Shown here piece by piece: positions 1-8,392 of a stretch of DNA of 64,000 nucleotides. The DNA is from Candidatus Poribacteria bacterium (GTDB lineage: Bacteria > Poribacteria > WGA-4E > PCPOR2b), in assembly GCA_965215015.1 (NCBI GenBank), contig OZ244042.1, positions 1,216,001 to 1,280,000 on the forward strand, given 5' to 3'. Made by a program: the position numbers and the translations under genes. Within the stretch, counting starts at the first letter, position 1, and every line of letters begins with the position of its first letter. Below the pieces are notes generated by a model. The model made no database searches and was not told the DNA's origin. It worked only from the letters and a program-made list of their open reading frames with translations.

Positions 1-2827
1 CAACGCCAATTGAACCTTTGGCATCATCAAGGCGAAGTCGATTGCCCTCGCGTCGGAGCAAGTGGTAGCGGTTGTCGGAATCAAATTCACCGTCCGACCA
101 AACCGTTCCGAAGTCCGCGAAGATAATCCCACGAATGCCGCCAATTGCCCACGAAAAGGGCCAACCGAAACGAAGCTCGTCTATAAACGGAATCCGAAGC
201 TCAAAGTTCAACAACCCCATCCGCGTCCCAATCAGTTCTTCATAACTATAACCGCGTAGTGTATCAATGCCACCAAGGTAAAATAACGACTTATCTCTGG
301 CAAAACTCCCGCCGAGCAGCAAACGGGTTGCGAAGGTCGAACGCCTGCCGAGCTTAAAGTATCGACGGAGGTCAAAAATGAGGTTGGTTAACTCCAAATC
401 GCTCCCGGTCGCACGAGATGACTTCTCAAGGGTCAGATTATAACGAGTACCGCTATAGGGGCCGAACACCTGCCATCGTGTCGTGTCGCTAACCAGGGAG
501 AGAGTTGCAAGCATCAGAAGCCCACGATTATCTTCGTAATCCGTCTCAAATCTGAAAGCGTAGGGAGTGGAATACATCAACAACTGTAACTCCGCGCGAC
601 GATACCGATTGAAAGGATAGGTGACAGAACCGGCAATGCCCGTTAAACGTTGCGAGACACGGCGACGATTCCGGGTCGTCCCCAACAGGTGATACTCATG
701 AAAATTAAAAAGGGAGGCACCAAAATCTGCACGGCGCGAAAGGGAACCGTACCGGGCAATGAAGTCCGGCGCAAGGAAACCTGACTGATTCTGAACACTC
801 AATCCCAAGCGATGATTCCCCATCATATCGCTCGCGACCAGCTCCGTCGAGTTGCGTAGTATACCGTCAGCACCGAGACTGAAGTTTGTAAAAATAGCAT
901 CCAAGCCAATCTTCGTGCCGTACTTCCGATGCCCGATTCGGCGCTGTTTTCTTTCCGTAGGCTGTATGGCAATGGTCTCAATTTCAGAGGGGGGTATCTC
1001 AATCTTTTCATTAAGTGCCTTCTCCGCCTCCATGACATAAACATCCTGCTTACCCGATTGGTAAGCACCAAACAGGAGGTGCTTACGGTCTGGTGAAAAA
1101 CTCGGATTGAAACAGCCAGTGATGATATTGGTCAGCCGCGTGAGGTCGGTGCCGTCCGATTGCACAGTACACACGTCATAGACACCACCCATATCTGAGC
1201 AGAAAAGCAGCTGCTCCCCACCGTCCGTCCAACGAGGATTAACCGCATTGTACTCACCGTGCGTCAACTGTCTTGAGGTTTGACCGTTGACATCAATAAC
1301 AATTAGCTCGTACTTACCCCCTCGTTCCGAGGTATAGGCTCGCTCCGATGCGTAAACAATCTCTTCCTTCGTTGGATGCCATGAGGGATGGCTATCGTCA
1401 AAGGGATCATTTGTCAGGCGTGTCAGCTCTTCTGTCGCTAGGTTTATAATAAATAGGTCAGTTTGCCCCCTACTGAGCGCAGAAAAAACAATCCGCTCAC
1501 CGCTGCTGTCATAGTTTGGCGAACCAGCAGCATCGAAGTTGAGCTTGATGCGGCGTTCCAGTTGCTTACTGATGATGTTTACCTCAAGCAGATACTCCGA
1601 TTCGCGGTGCTTGGCGATAAAGGCGATACGGTCACCATCCGGAGACCATGCTAACCCACTACCGTCGCTCCGAATCTCTTCATATTTACTCCCAAAAAAA
1701 TCTTTGCTTATACGTTCCAGGCGGCTGCCATCTCTGGCAGACGCAAGAACAATTTCACTAAATCCATCGTTACCTGTGATATAAGCGATAAGGTCCCCGC
1801 TAGGAGACCAAATCGGTTTCACGTTATGCGAATAACGTGATTTCTCTGTCAAGTTCTTGGCGATTGAGTCAGGCATATCCTTGTGATCGATCATTGGCCA
1901 ATACTTCTTCTGCACCGTCAAACGCCAGTCTTTATCAAACTGTTCAAGACTAACACCGATCACGTTCTGGAAGGCCTGGTTGAGATCCTTGGTACGGATA
2001 TGACGCAGTTCGTGCATAATTTGCCCAATCTTATCCCGCCCATAAGTCTCAACAAAATATGCCACAGCGGACTGCCCCATCTTATATCCCAAAAACACCT
2101 GCGATCCGAGTATCCGAAAATCCTGAAGCCGCGTCAAGGGAACTATACGATTGGCAATGCTGGCATCTCTTAATACCATCTCTCCAACGGCATCATTATC
2201 ATTACCAAAATAATCTGCTGTCCCCTCCATAAACCAGATTGGGGGGCTATACAGAAACTCACCGCTATAAAAATGCCCCGCAGGCTTCTGATAAATGATA
2301 TCATACTGAAAGATGTGGACCAATTCGTGAAAAATGACCTCACGAAATGCCGACATAGAGCCGGTGAAAGGGATAACCATACGCCGCTTAAAGAGCTCTG
2401 CAAAACCGCCGACACCTTCATGCAGCTCAGCCAGCGTAATATTGGTCTCCTGAAAATCTTTGTGGGATTGATATAAAATCAGTGGTGTCCGATCCCTAAG
2501 CTCGTGCTCAAAATCCTCGCTATGTTTCTCGTAAGCCTCCTCAACAGTGTCCGCCATGATAGAGACCAGCTGCTCCTCGCCCGGATAGTAGTAGATATCA
2601 AAATGATCTGTCCGGTGAATCAGCCAATCAAAATCCTGGTCCGTCACCTTATTCTTACCAAAGCCTTGCGCCCAACCACTGCTAACCGAAAGGAAAAGGG
2701 GCAGTAAAAAAACAAGCAGGAGAGAAAAGGAGAAAAATCTCCCGTTTTCATCGCGTCTTTGCGTCTTTGCGTCTTTACCTTGCCTTTGTAATCTGTGATG
2801 TCTATGATATCCGCGATCGGTTTTCAT
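1..2827 (-). CDS. Peptidase MA-like (HEXXH) + PD40/TolB-like beta-propeller + Omp85/BamA-type barrel fusion protein, 3'-partial
   Basis: Absent from the ORF track, presumably because it runs off the window. Spot translation of the minus strand gives a signal-like FFSFSLLLVFLLPLFLSVSSGWA-QGFGKNKV...HFDIYYY, then VIFHELVHIFQYD and WFMEGTADYF (zinc motif), repeated P.WSP/P.WHP/PSFSPD propeller motifs, and ...RLDDAKGSIGV at the window edge. Start codon uncertain. Confidence 0.8.
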   Translation of the reverse strand, partial: MKTDRGYHRHHRLQRQGKDAKTQRRDENGRFFSFSLLLVFLLPLFLSVSSGWAQGFGKNKVTDQDFDWLIHRTDHFDIYYYPGEEQLVSIMADTVEEAYEKHSEDFEHELRDRTPLILYQSHKDFQETNITLAELHEGVGGFAELFKRRMVIPFTGSMSAFREVIFHELVHIFQYDIIYQKPAGHFYSGEFLYSPPIWFMEGTADYFGNDNDAVGEMVLRDASIANRIVPLTRLQDFRILGSQVFLGYKMGQSAVAYFVETYGRDKIGQIMHELRHIRTKDLNQAFQNVIGVSLEQFDKDWRLTVQKKYWPMIDHKDMPDSIAKNLTEKSRYSHNVKPIWSPSGDLIAYITGNDGFSEIVLASARDGSRLERISKDFFGSKYEEIRSDGSGLAWSPDGDRIAFIAKHRESEYLLEVNIISKQLERRIKLNFDAAGSPNYDSSGERIVFSALSRGQTDLFIINLATEELTRLTNDPFDDSHPSWHPTKEEIVYASERAYTSERGGKYELIVIDVNGQTSRQLTHGEYNAVNPRWTDGGEQLLFCSDMGGVYDVCTVQSDGTDLTRLTNIITGCFNPSFSPDRKHLLFGAYQSGKQDVYVMEAEKALNEKIEIPPSEIETIAIQPTERKQRRIGHRKYGTKIGLDAIFTNFSLGADGILRNSTELVASDMMGNHRLGLSVQNQSGFLAPDFIARYGSLSRRADFGASLFNFHEYHLLGTTRNRRRVSQRLTGIAGSVTYPFNRYRRAELQLLMYSTPYAFRFETDYEDNRGLLMLATLSLVSDTTRWQVFGPYSGTRYNLTLEKSSRATGSDLELTNLIFDLRRYFKLGRRSTFATRLLLGGSFARDKSLFYLGGIDTLRGYSYEELIGTRMGLLNFELRIPFIDELRFGWPFSWAIGGIRGIIFADFGTVWSDGEFDSDNRYHLLRREGNRLRLDDAKGSIGV

Positions 2828-2890
2828 TAGAATCTTCGGGATAGAGCCCCTATCCTTTAGATTGGGGAGGAAATCCCGCCTCTTTTTTAT

Positions 2891-3198
2891 TAGAAGTTAC
2901 GCACTTGAGTTTGTAGTCGCGCCATTCAACCCGCGTCTTTAGGGTAGTAAGCATACACCGTATGCCGCTTTCTCCCTCGCTTGCGGGTTGCGGCCCCGCT
3001 TGCGTTCTTTCCCCTCCGCAAGCAGGGGAAGAGAACCGGGTGGGTATTCGGGATTTGAGGGGAAACGGCGCAGCGGAGTGTGCCGACTCCTGTCGGATGA
3101 ACTGTAGTTGCCCGATTCATCGGGCGTTGAGAGTTGTCCTGTATGGCGATGAATCACCATACTACAAATTGCTTTGAGTGTTCAACTGCGTTAAATCC
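2891..3198. mobile_element. MITE-like element (degenerate AGGACTTACGCA...TGCGTAAGTCCT ends) with internal GTAG REP hairpins, nested in the IS605-like element
   Basis: Ends TAGAAGTTACGCACT / TTCAACTGCGTTAAATCC resemble the copies at 24939 and 37147. Internal GTAGTTGCCCGATTCATCGGGCG...CTACAAA REP pair. Confidence 0.5.
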
Positions 3199-3200
3199 AA

Positions 3201-3544
3201 TCAGTAACTCGGTGACTTAGGAAAAGTGCTCGTTTTTCGCTCTTCTCCCAACGTAGCGGTTGGAAGACTGTTGTGTGTCTGAGGTTTACCCGGAAGGTGA
3301 ACCCGTGATACCACCGCTACCCGGAGAATCCTCCTAAAAGGAAGCGACTTCCCTTCTTCTCCCCGCTTGCGGGGCGGGGTGGAAGGACGACACCTTATCC
3401 GTGGGGAGAAGCCCCCCGGCCCCGTAAACGGGGTGTCGTTCCGATCGGTTGCGGGTATGTAAAGTTACGAGCCGAGACCGAGAAACTCAGTAAATCCCGG
3501 GGAACGGGCAACAAGCCCTATCCTTTCAGGGCAGGGTAGTTGAC
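3201..3544 (+). ncRNA. Candidate ~340-nt structured RNA ending in an IS605 right end (omegaRNA/reRNA-like)
   Basis: Nested complementary pairs CTCGGT/ACCGAG, GCTCGT/ACGAGC, GTAGCGGT/ACCGCTAC and ACGACACC/GGTGTCGT, a G(CUUG)C tetraloop, and a G-U wobble favouring the + strand. Confidence 0.45.
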
Positions 3545-4311
3545 TATCTCACTAAAAACCTTTCCTCCTGTTCATAGTGCGGTGCAACTTGGCGAGTGAA
3601 CTCCGAGATCGCTTGTCGCGCTAAACTTTTTAGGATACCGTCATGCGGCGTGACCTCTGAAATAAGGAATGAACTAACACTATGCGAGTGGAACGCACGC
3701 CGTTCATACGTGTCATCCCGTATAATCTCCTCCGGGTCTACACCGGCAATGACGATTCTCAACGAAAGGATGTAGGTCTTCTCAAGGTAATCCTGATAAT
3801 CGGTGACATATCGTTGAAGCGTTCTGGAATAACGTTCCCCGTAGTAACGCCTCGGTTGACTCACTGCAAAGAAGTTATAGCTGCCCGCGATGACTGCATC
3901 AACTTCAAAATACTGACCAATACGCACCAACTCTGACACATCCACCAATAGGTCTTTATCAAGGGTTTCATTGGAAAATAGCCGCAGCGTATCCTGTGTA
4001 CTAACAACGTCTAGGTTTTGATTCCGTCCTAATCCAATTCGCATCAAGGACGCAATCTCCGTACCTGTCTCGTCAGAAGCCGCTATCCGTTGATGCTTTG
4101 AATCCTTCGCTTCAATAAATGGCAGCACCGCAAAACCTGAATACTTAGTGACGTCAATTGTGGACTCAACCTGAATTTTGATCGGTACCCGTTTTACCGA
4201 CGATGCACAACCCCAATAGATACCCAGACATAAGAGCATGGGCAGCATCGTAACGATGAACCGGATTCTCTGGATTTGGGTTGATTTGCGGATCTGTTGG
4301 TTTGTGTTCAT
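3544..4311 (-). CDS. Putative outer-membrane lipoprotein (CsgG/HfaB/GNA1162-like alpha-beta domain)
   Basis: 255-aa ORF, lipobox-like YWGC, motif FAVLPF...IGQYFEVDAVIAGS. Confidence 0.6.
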   Translation of the reverse strand: MNTNQQIRKSTQIQRIRFIVTMLPMLLCLGIYWGCASSVKRVPIKIQVESTIDVTKYSGFAVLPFIEAKDSKHQRIAASDETGTEIASLMRIGLGRNQNLDVVSTQDTLRLFSNETLDKDLLVDVSELVRIGQYFEVDAVIAGSYNFFAVSQPRRYYGERYSRTLQRYVTDYQDYLEKTYILSLRIVIAGVDPEEIIRDDTYERRAFHSHSVSSFLISEVTPHDGILKSLARQAISEFTRQVAPHYEQEERFLVR

Positions 4312-4328
4312 CTGTTTGACGATTCATT

Positions 4329-4772
4329 TTAAGATTCGGGTTGCTGTGAATCCCGATCTAATTGGGGCTGATCTGATGTCTCCGCTTTTTCTGCGGGGGA
4401 TGGCTTCACGCGGTTGCGCTGAACATGCAGTCGACACTTCCTGTAATTGAAGCGATAGTACCTATTATCGGGTTCTAATTCTGTTGCACGCTCATACGCC
4501 TCCATGGCTTCGTCAATCTTGCCCACCGCTTCGTAAGCGACGCCTAAATTATTGTATGCCTTCGCATTTTGCGGTTCAATCCTTAAAATGTACTGCAAGC
4601 GGAAAATCGCTTCGTTCCACAGCTGTAACTCCGCAGATTTAATCGCAAATTGATTATACTGCTCGATCGTCGGTTGAGTCTGTAAGGACCCACACGAAAT
4701 TATTACACAAGGAATAACAAGAAAGAATAAACATATACGAACTGACAAACTAAATTCCACCTTTCCGAGCAA
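4329..4772 (-). CDS. TPR-repeat lipoprotein
   Basis: Lipobox IISC; TPR motif AKAYNNLGVAYEAVGKIDEAMEAYERATELEP. Confidence 0.8.
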   Translation of the reverse strand: MLGKVEFSLSVRICLFFLVIPCVIISCGSLQTQPTIEQYNQFAIKSAELQLWNEAIFRLQYILRIEPQNAKAYNNLGVAYEAVGKIDEAMEAYERATELEPDNRYYRFNYRKCRLHVQRNRVKPSPAEKAETSDQPQLDRDSQQPES

Positions 4773-4979
4773 TACATTCTACACAAACTCAATTAATCAG
4801 TCAAGCCAAAAGAATGATAGCAAAAATATTTAATGGGTAATACCTGTAAAGAGAGGGAAATCTTTTTCCTTTTAATTTCCTCTATTCTATACTACAATTA
4901 TGAGACATATTTTGTGACGGTTGCAGAGAACTCCTACACTCAAAAATCTGCAATAGCGTATACCACAAAGGAGAAACAA

Positions 4980-5531
4980 ATGGCAGTCCAACGTTTATCA
5001 GTTACTCAAATTGAAGCCCAGATGGATCAATTAACACAGAGTCCCCAAGACCTCGGCAGCCTCGAATATATCGTCCTTCGCCTGCCCGACGAACAGCGAG
5101 CAACCCGCCAAGAAGCGGAGGTCAGCCCCGATGGCGGGCTTGATGGAGACCGCTGGGCACGACCGAACAGTCCAAATCCGGGTGCCCAAATATCTGTGAT
5201 GAATTCTCGATTTCTCAGGATAATCGCCGGGGACGATGCCCGAATGCCCCTCGCCGGTGATAACCTACTCGTTGACTTGGATCTGAGCGAGGAGAATCTC
5301 CCCGCCGGCACTCAATTACAGATCGGCACCGCCACTTTTGAAGTCACAGATGTTCCACATACCGGCTGTCAAAAATTCCAACGCCGATATGGCAAAGATG
5401 CGCTTGATGTGGTCAACGCAGAAACCCATAAGCCCCAACGACTCCGCGGCCTGTTTATACGCACAATCCAAGCAGGAAAAATCCAAGTTGGAGATTCTAT
5501 CCGTAAGCTAACTGCTGCCAATCCCCACTAA
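4980..5531 (+). CDS. MOSC domain-containing protein
   Basis: GGLDGDRW, LAGDNLLVDLDLS, PHTGCQKF, RLRGL motifs; AAGGAG RBS before ATG 4980. Confidence 0.85.
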   Translation: MAVQRLSVTQIEAQMDQLTQSPQDLGSLEYIVLRLPDEQRATRQEAEVSPDGGLDGDRWARPNSPNPGAQISVMNSRFLRIIAGDDARMPLAGDNLLVDLDLSEENLPAGTQLQIGTATFEVTDVPHTGCQKFQRRYGKDALDVVNAETHKPQRLRGLFIRTIQAGKIQVGDSIRKLTAANPH

Positions 5532-5721
5532 CGTTTCCGTTCAGCGGTGCATCTATACATTCCCATATAGCTTGGGGGTGCTCATAAAGTAGTGGACACG
5601 CTCCGCGTGCTGTAACCCCCACAACTTTCCAGATTTTAACAAAAATTCACTTTAGGGTTAAATCTCCGATTGCTAATAGGGGGCTTTAGGTTTGGGATAC
5701 AATCGTGCTTTAGCGTTTTTT

Positions 5722-5750
5722 CTTGCTTTTGAAAGCGTCTTGTGCTATAT
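5722..5750 (+). promoter_or_regulatory. Sigma70-type promoter upstream of the candidate ncRNA
   Basis: TTGCTT-N17-TATATT with extended -10 TG. Confidence 0.5.
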
Positions 5751-5759
5751 TTTCTTTTA

Positions 5760-6105
5760 AACACTATCAGTGGTCCGCGTTCCAGTGGCGTGCTAGGGTC
5801 AAGCCAACCACCCCCGACTAGAACCGGGATAATGAAGTTGAAGTTTTCCACACAGAAATGGGAAACTAAATATCAAAGAAAGAATCTTGAGGGGACACTA
5901 GTCTGAACGAATTCTTCCACACTTGGGTGGTTGTGCGTTAGGGCCGGCACCGCGTACTAGACATACGTGTAACCGTGTAAACGCCTCACGGGAGTTCGCT
6001 ATAAACGAATAAGAAAAACCACTTTGGCGGAAGATCCTACGCATTGTTTATTTGTACCGGAGAAGCTGGAAAGAATCCCAATGCTTCAGCTTTGGGAGCG
6101 GTCAA
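5760..6105 (+). ncRNA. Candidate ~345-nt structured RNA terminating in an IS605 right end; possible LE remnant at ~5680-5703
   Basis: Pairs TTCCAG/CTGGAA, CAACCACCC/GGGTGGTTG, GACTAG/CTAGTC and TGCGT-AGG/CCTACGCA; RE hairpin AGAATCCCAATGCTTCAGCTTTGGGAGCGGTCAA. Confidence 0.5.
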
Positions 6106-6149
6106 CTTGATTCTTTCAAGACGGATATGATAAAATTAGAAACCCTTTT

Positions 6150-6233
6150 GCCGGAGTGGTGAAATCGGTAGACGCGCTGGACTCAAAATCCAGTGAGCTT
6201 AGGCTCGTGTCGGTTCGAGTCCGACCTCCGGCA
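6150..6233 (+). tRNA. tRNA-Leu(CAA)
   Basis: GCCGGAG acceptor stem, anticodon loop CT-CAA-AA, long variable arm, GGTTCGAGTCC T-arm. Confidence 0.97.
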
Positions 6234-6240
6234 TTGACCC

Positions 6241-6275
6241 GCCATATAGCCTGTTGAGGCTATATGGCTTTTTTT
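6241..6275 (+). terminator. Rho-independent terminator after tRNA-Leu
   Basis: GCCATATAGCCT-GTTG-AGGCTATATGGC followed by a T-run. Confidence 0.8.
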
Positions 6276-6276
6276 G

Positions 6277-7113
6277 TCACGACCACACAAAAATCTCATG
6301 ATCGTCCGAAGAATAGCCAATGAACACCGCCAGAACAATTCGAGGATTATTCCCCTCCACCGGAGGAACTTCGTGGATGCAACGGGTGTTGAAGAAATAC
6401 AAATCGCCCGGCGAGAGTTCGACCCGACACTTTTCGATACCGTTTTCAGCGGCGTACTCGTGAAAGGTGCCCTCAGCAATATGTGGCTGCACCTCCTCCG
6501 TCCACAAACATCGGTGCAAAATCGCCTGCGTTCCTGTGTCAAATTCATCCGCGTTTTGCAGACACAGTACACCCGCAAATTGGTGCTCAAAACGGTATAC
6601 GGCGTAATCGGTCCGTGCTTCCCGCAGCCTCACATGATCAATGTGAGGTAGGTAGAGCTGGGTGTGATAATGGATACGAAAAATCGCAGGTCCATAACGG
6701 CGACCATCTGGCTCGTATGCTGTTCTGACCTTTTTGCTCGGTGCAAGATCCGACAGCGCGTTGTAAATGAGGTCCACTGGATTGTCAAATCCCTCAAATA
6801 GGAATTTGAACAGGTGATGCGTGGCTTCCGAATGTTGGAAGAAACGCTCTTGGTCCTTCCCTCGAATCCCTAGACTCGTGCCGATGTCGGTTCTCACCCG
6901 TTCGTCTCCACCATACGCGCTATCTTCTGGGTTACGCGCCAGTCCCATGTTGTAGAACCGTTGGATCAGTGGAGTACATTGATCTGGGTCATAAGCGCCT
7001 CGAAACATGATAGCAGGCATCTCTGCCTGAGACAAGGCATAAAGCGGGTCCGTATAATGCGCCCGAATCGTCTCCAAATCCGGCTCAACCGGTATCCAAT
7101 TTTCCACAGCCAT
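6277..7113 (-). CDS. 2OG-Fe(II) oxygenase family protein
   Basis: HxD (PHID)...H (IHEV)...R motif arrangement in a double-stranded beta-helix context. Confidence 0.7.
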   Translation of the reverse strand: MAVENWIPVEPDLETIRAHYTDPLYALSQAEMPAIMFRGAYDPDQCTPLIQRFYNMGLARNPEDSAYGGDERVRTDIGTSLGIRGKDQERFFQHSEATHHLFKFLFEGFDNPVDLIYNALSDLAPSKKVRTAYEPDGRRYGPAIFRIHYHTQLYLPHIDHVRLREARTDYAVYRFEHQFAGVLCLQNADEFDTGTQAILHRCLWTEEVQPHIAEGTFHEYAAENGIEKCRVELSPGDLYFFNTRCIHEVPPVEGNNPRIVLAVFIGYSSDDHEIFVWS

Positions 7114-7334
7114 ATAATCCCTCCACTTTTCGATGAATTGCCCCTTATCTAAATCTAATCTTCGCTATAGATTCCCATCTTTTCGGATGGGAAGAAAACC
7201 GCGCCTCTTTTTGTCTTGTATGTACACACCAACTATTTTATAATAACCCAAAATAGTAGCTTGAATCCAGAGTATACCGATTCAGACAAGCGTTCAACCG
7301 TTCAATGAACCAGCTAACAAGAAGGAATATTCAC

Positions 7335-8180
7335 ATGAACCTCGGTTATAGCACTTGGGGAATGCCAACCGTCCCCATTGATGTAGCAATTCCCCATATC
7401 GCACAACTTGGATTTGATGGGATGGAACTGGCAGTCGGCCCCCGTTTCATCACCGAGCTGAGCACGCTCGACGCCGCCGAACGCAAGCGAATTGCCGGGT
7501 TGTTGAAACTGCACAACTTGGCGTTACCTGCAATCGCCGCACATTCAAGCTTGATGGAAATTGACCCCGAAGCACACGCACAAAATATGTGGAGACTGAA
7601 AGGCGCAGCGGATCTCGGAGTCGAACTCGCTCAAGGAGATAGCCCACCGGCAATCAACACCACATCAGGCGGCCAACCAGAAGAATGGGACACCCAAAAG
7701 CAATTCCTCGCCGAGCGGATTGGCGAACTGGTCAAATATACCCAAACACGCGGCGTAACCGTTGCGATGGAACCCCACATCGGCGGTCTAATCGATACTC
7801 CCGATAAAGTCCTTGAACTCCTCGCCCTCGTCGGTTCCTCCTACCTCAAGGTCAATTTCGACATCAGCCATTTTGACATCATCGGCATACCCACTGAGGA
7901 AAGCGTCGCCGCCTTGGCTCCACATTCCGCGCATACGCATGTCAAAGATCAGCGCGGACTCGCCCCTGATTTTGAATTCCTCATCCCCGGCGAAGGGCCC
8001 TTCGATTACGTGAACTATTTAAAACTGATGCAGCAGCACGGTTACGACGGGTTCATCACCGCAGAGGTCAGTTTTATGGTGCAGGCCCGCGAAGACTATG
8101 ACCCACTCGCAGCAGCAGCCCTCTCTTATGAAACATTATCACGCGCCTTTACTAATGGGGGGATTGATAGGACGAGATAG
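7335..8180 (+). CDS. Sugar phosphate isomerase/epimerase (xylose isomerase-like TIM barrel)
   Basis: GFDGMEL, AMEPH, NFDISH, HTHVKD, GYDGFITAE motifs; AAGGA RBS. Confidence 0.9.
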   Translation: MNLGYSTWGMPTVPIDVAIPHIAQLGFDGMELAVGPRFITELSTLDAAERKRIAGLLKLHNLALPAIAAHSSLMEIDPEAHAQNMWRLKGAADLGVELAQGDSPPAINTTSGGQPEEWDTQKQFLAERIGELVKYTQTRGVTVAMEPHIGGLIDTPDKVLELLALVGSSYLKVNFDISHFDIIGIPTEESVAALAPHSAHTHVKDQRGLAPDFEFLIPGEGPFDYVNYLKLMQQHGYDGFITAEVSFMVQAREDYDPLAAAALSYETLSRAFTNGGIDRTR

Positions 8181-8392
8181 CCGGTTTCCAGCAGTTTAAT
8201 GTGTTAGCTCATGTTAAGAAATCGTGCACCACCAACCAAGTTTTTGACAAAGACTCGATTTCTCTTAACGTTTTGCCCCTTTTTTTTATAGACCCCCATA
8301 GGTTGGGCTTCCTAGCCCAACTGCACCAATGAACCAATGGTTTTCGCGTTTCACGCTCTTAACCTTCTTTTTACATGAGCCAATGTGCTTCT

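Larger units (their letters stand above)
2837..3544 (+). mobile_element. Non-autonomous IS200/IS605-type element with no ORF (left-end and right-end hairpins)
   Basis: Related subterminal hairpins GCCCCTATCCTTTAGATTGGGGAGG (~2846) and GCCCTATCCTTTCAGGGCAGGGTAGTTGAC (3515-3544), typical of IS605 LE/RE. It ends at the stop codon of the 3544..4311 gene. Confidence 0.6.

Noticed and set aside
62-2707. Short ORFs listed in the track in the first 2.7 kb
   Set aside because: They overlap the long minus-strand Omp85-fusion frame that the track missed.
3201-3544. HEARO/IscB omegaRNA on the minus strand (starts GTCAACTACCC)
   Set aside because: The downstream HEARO hallmarks (GTTGACCAG return strand etc.) and iscB are absent, and wobble pairs and tetraloops favour the + strand.
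5760-6105. Group I intron/IStron call from the GACTAG...CTAGTCTGA (P7-like) pair
   Set aside because: Only about 50 nt precede the R-like motif, leaving no room for P3-P6, and no interrupted gene is seen. It needs a covariance-model search.
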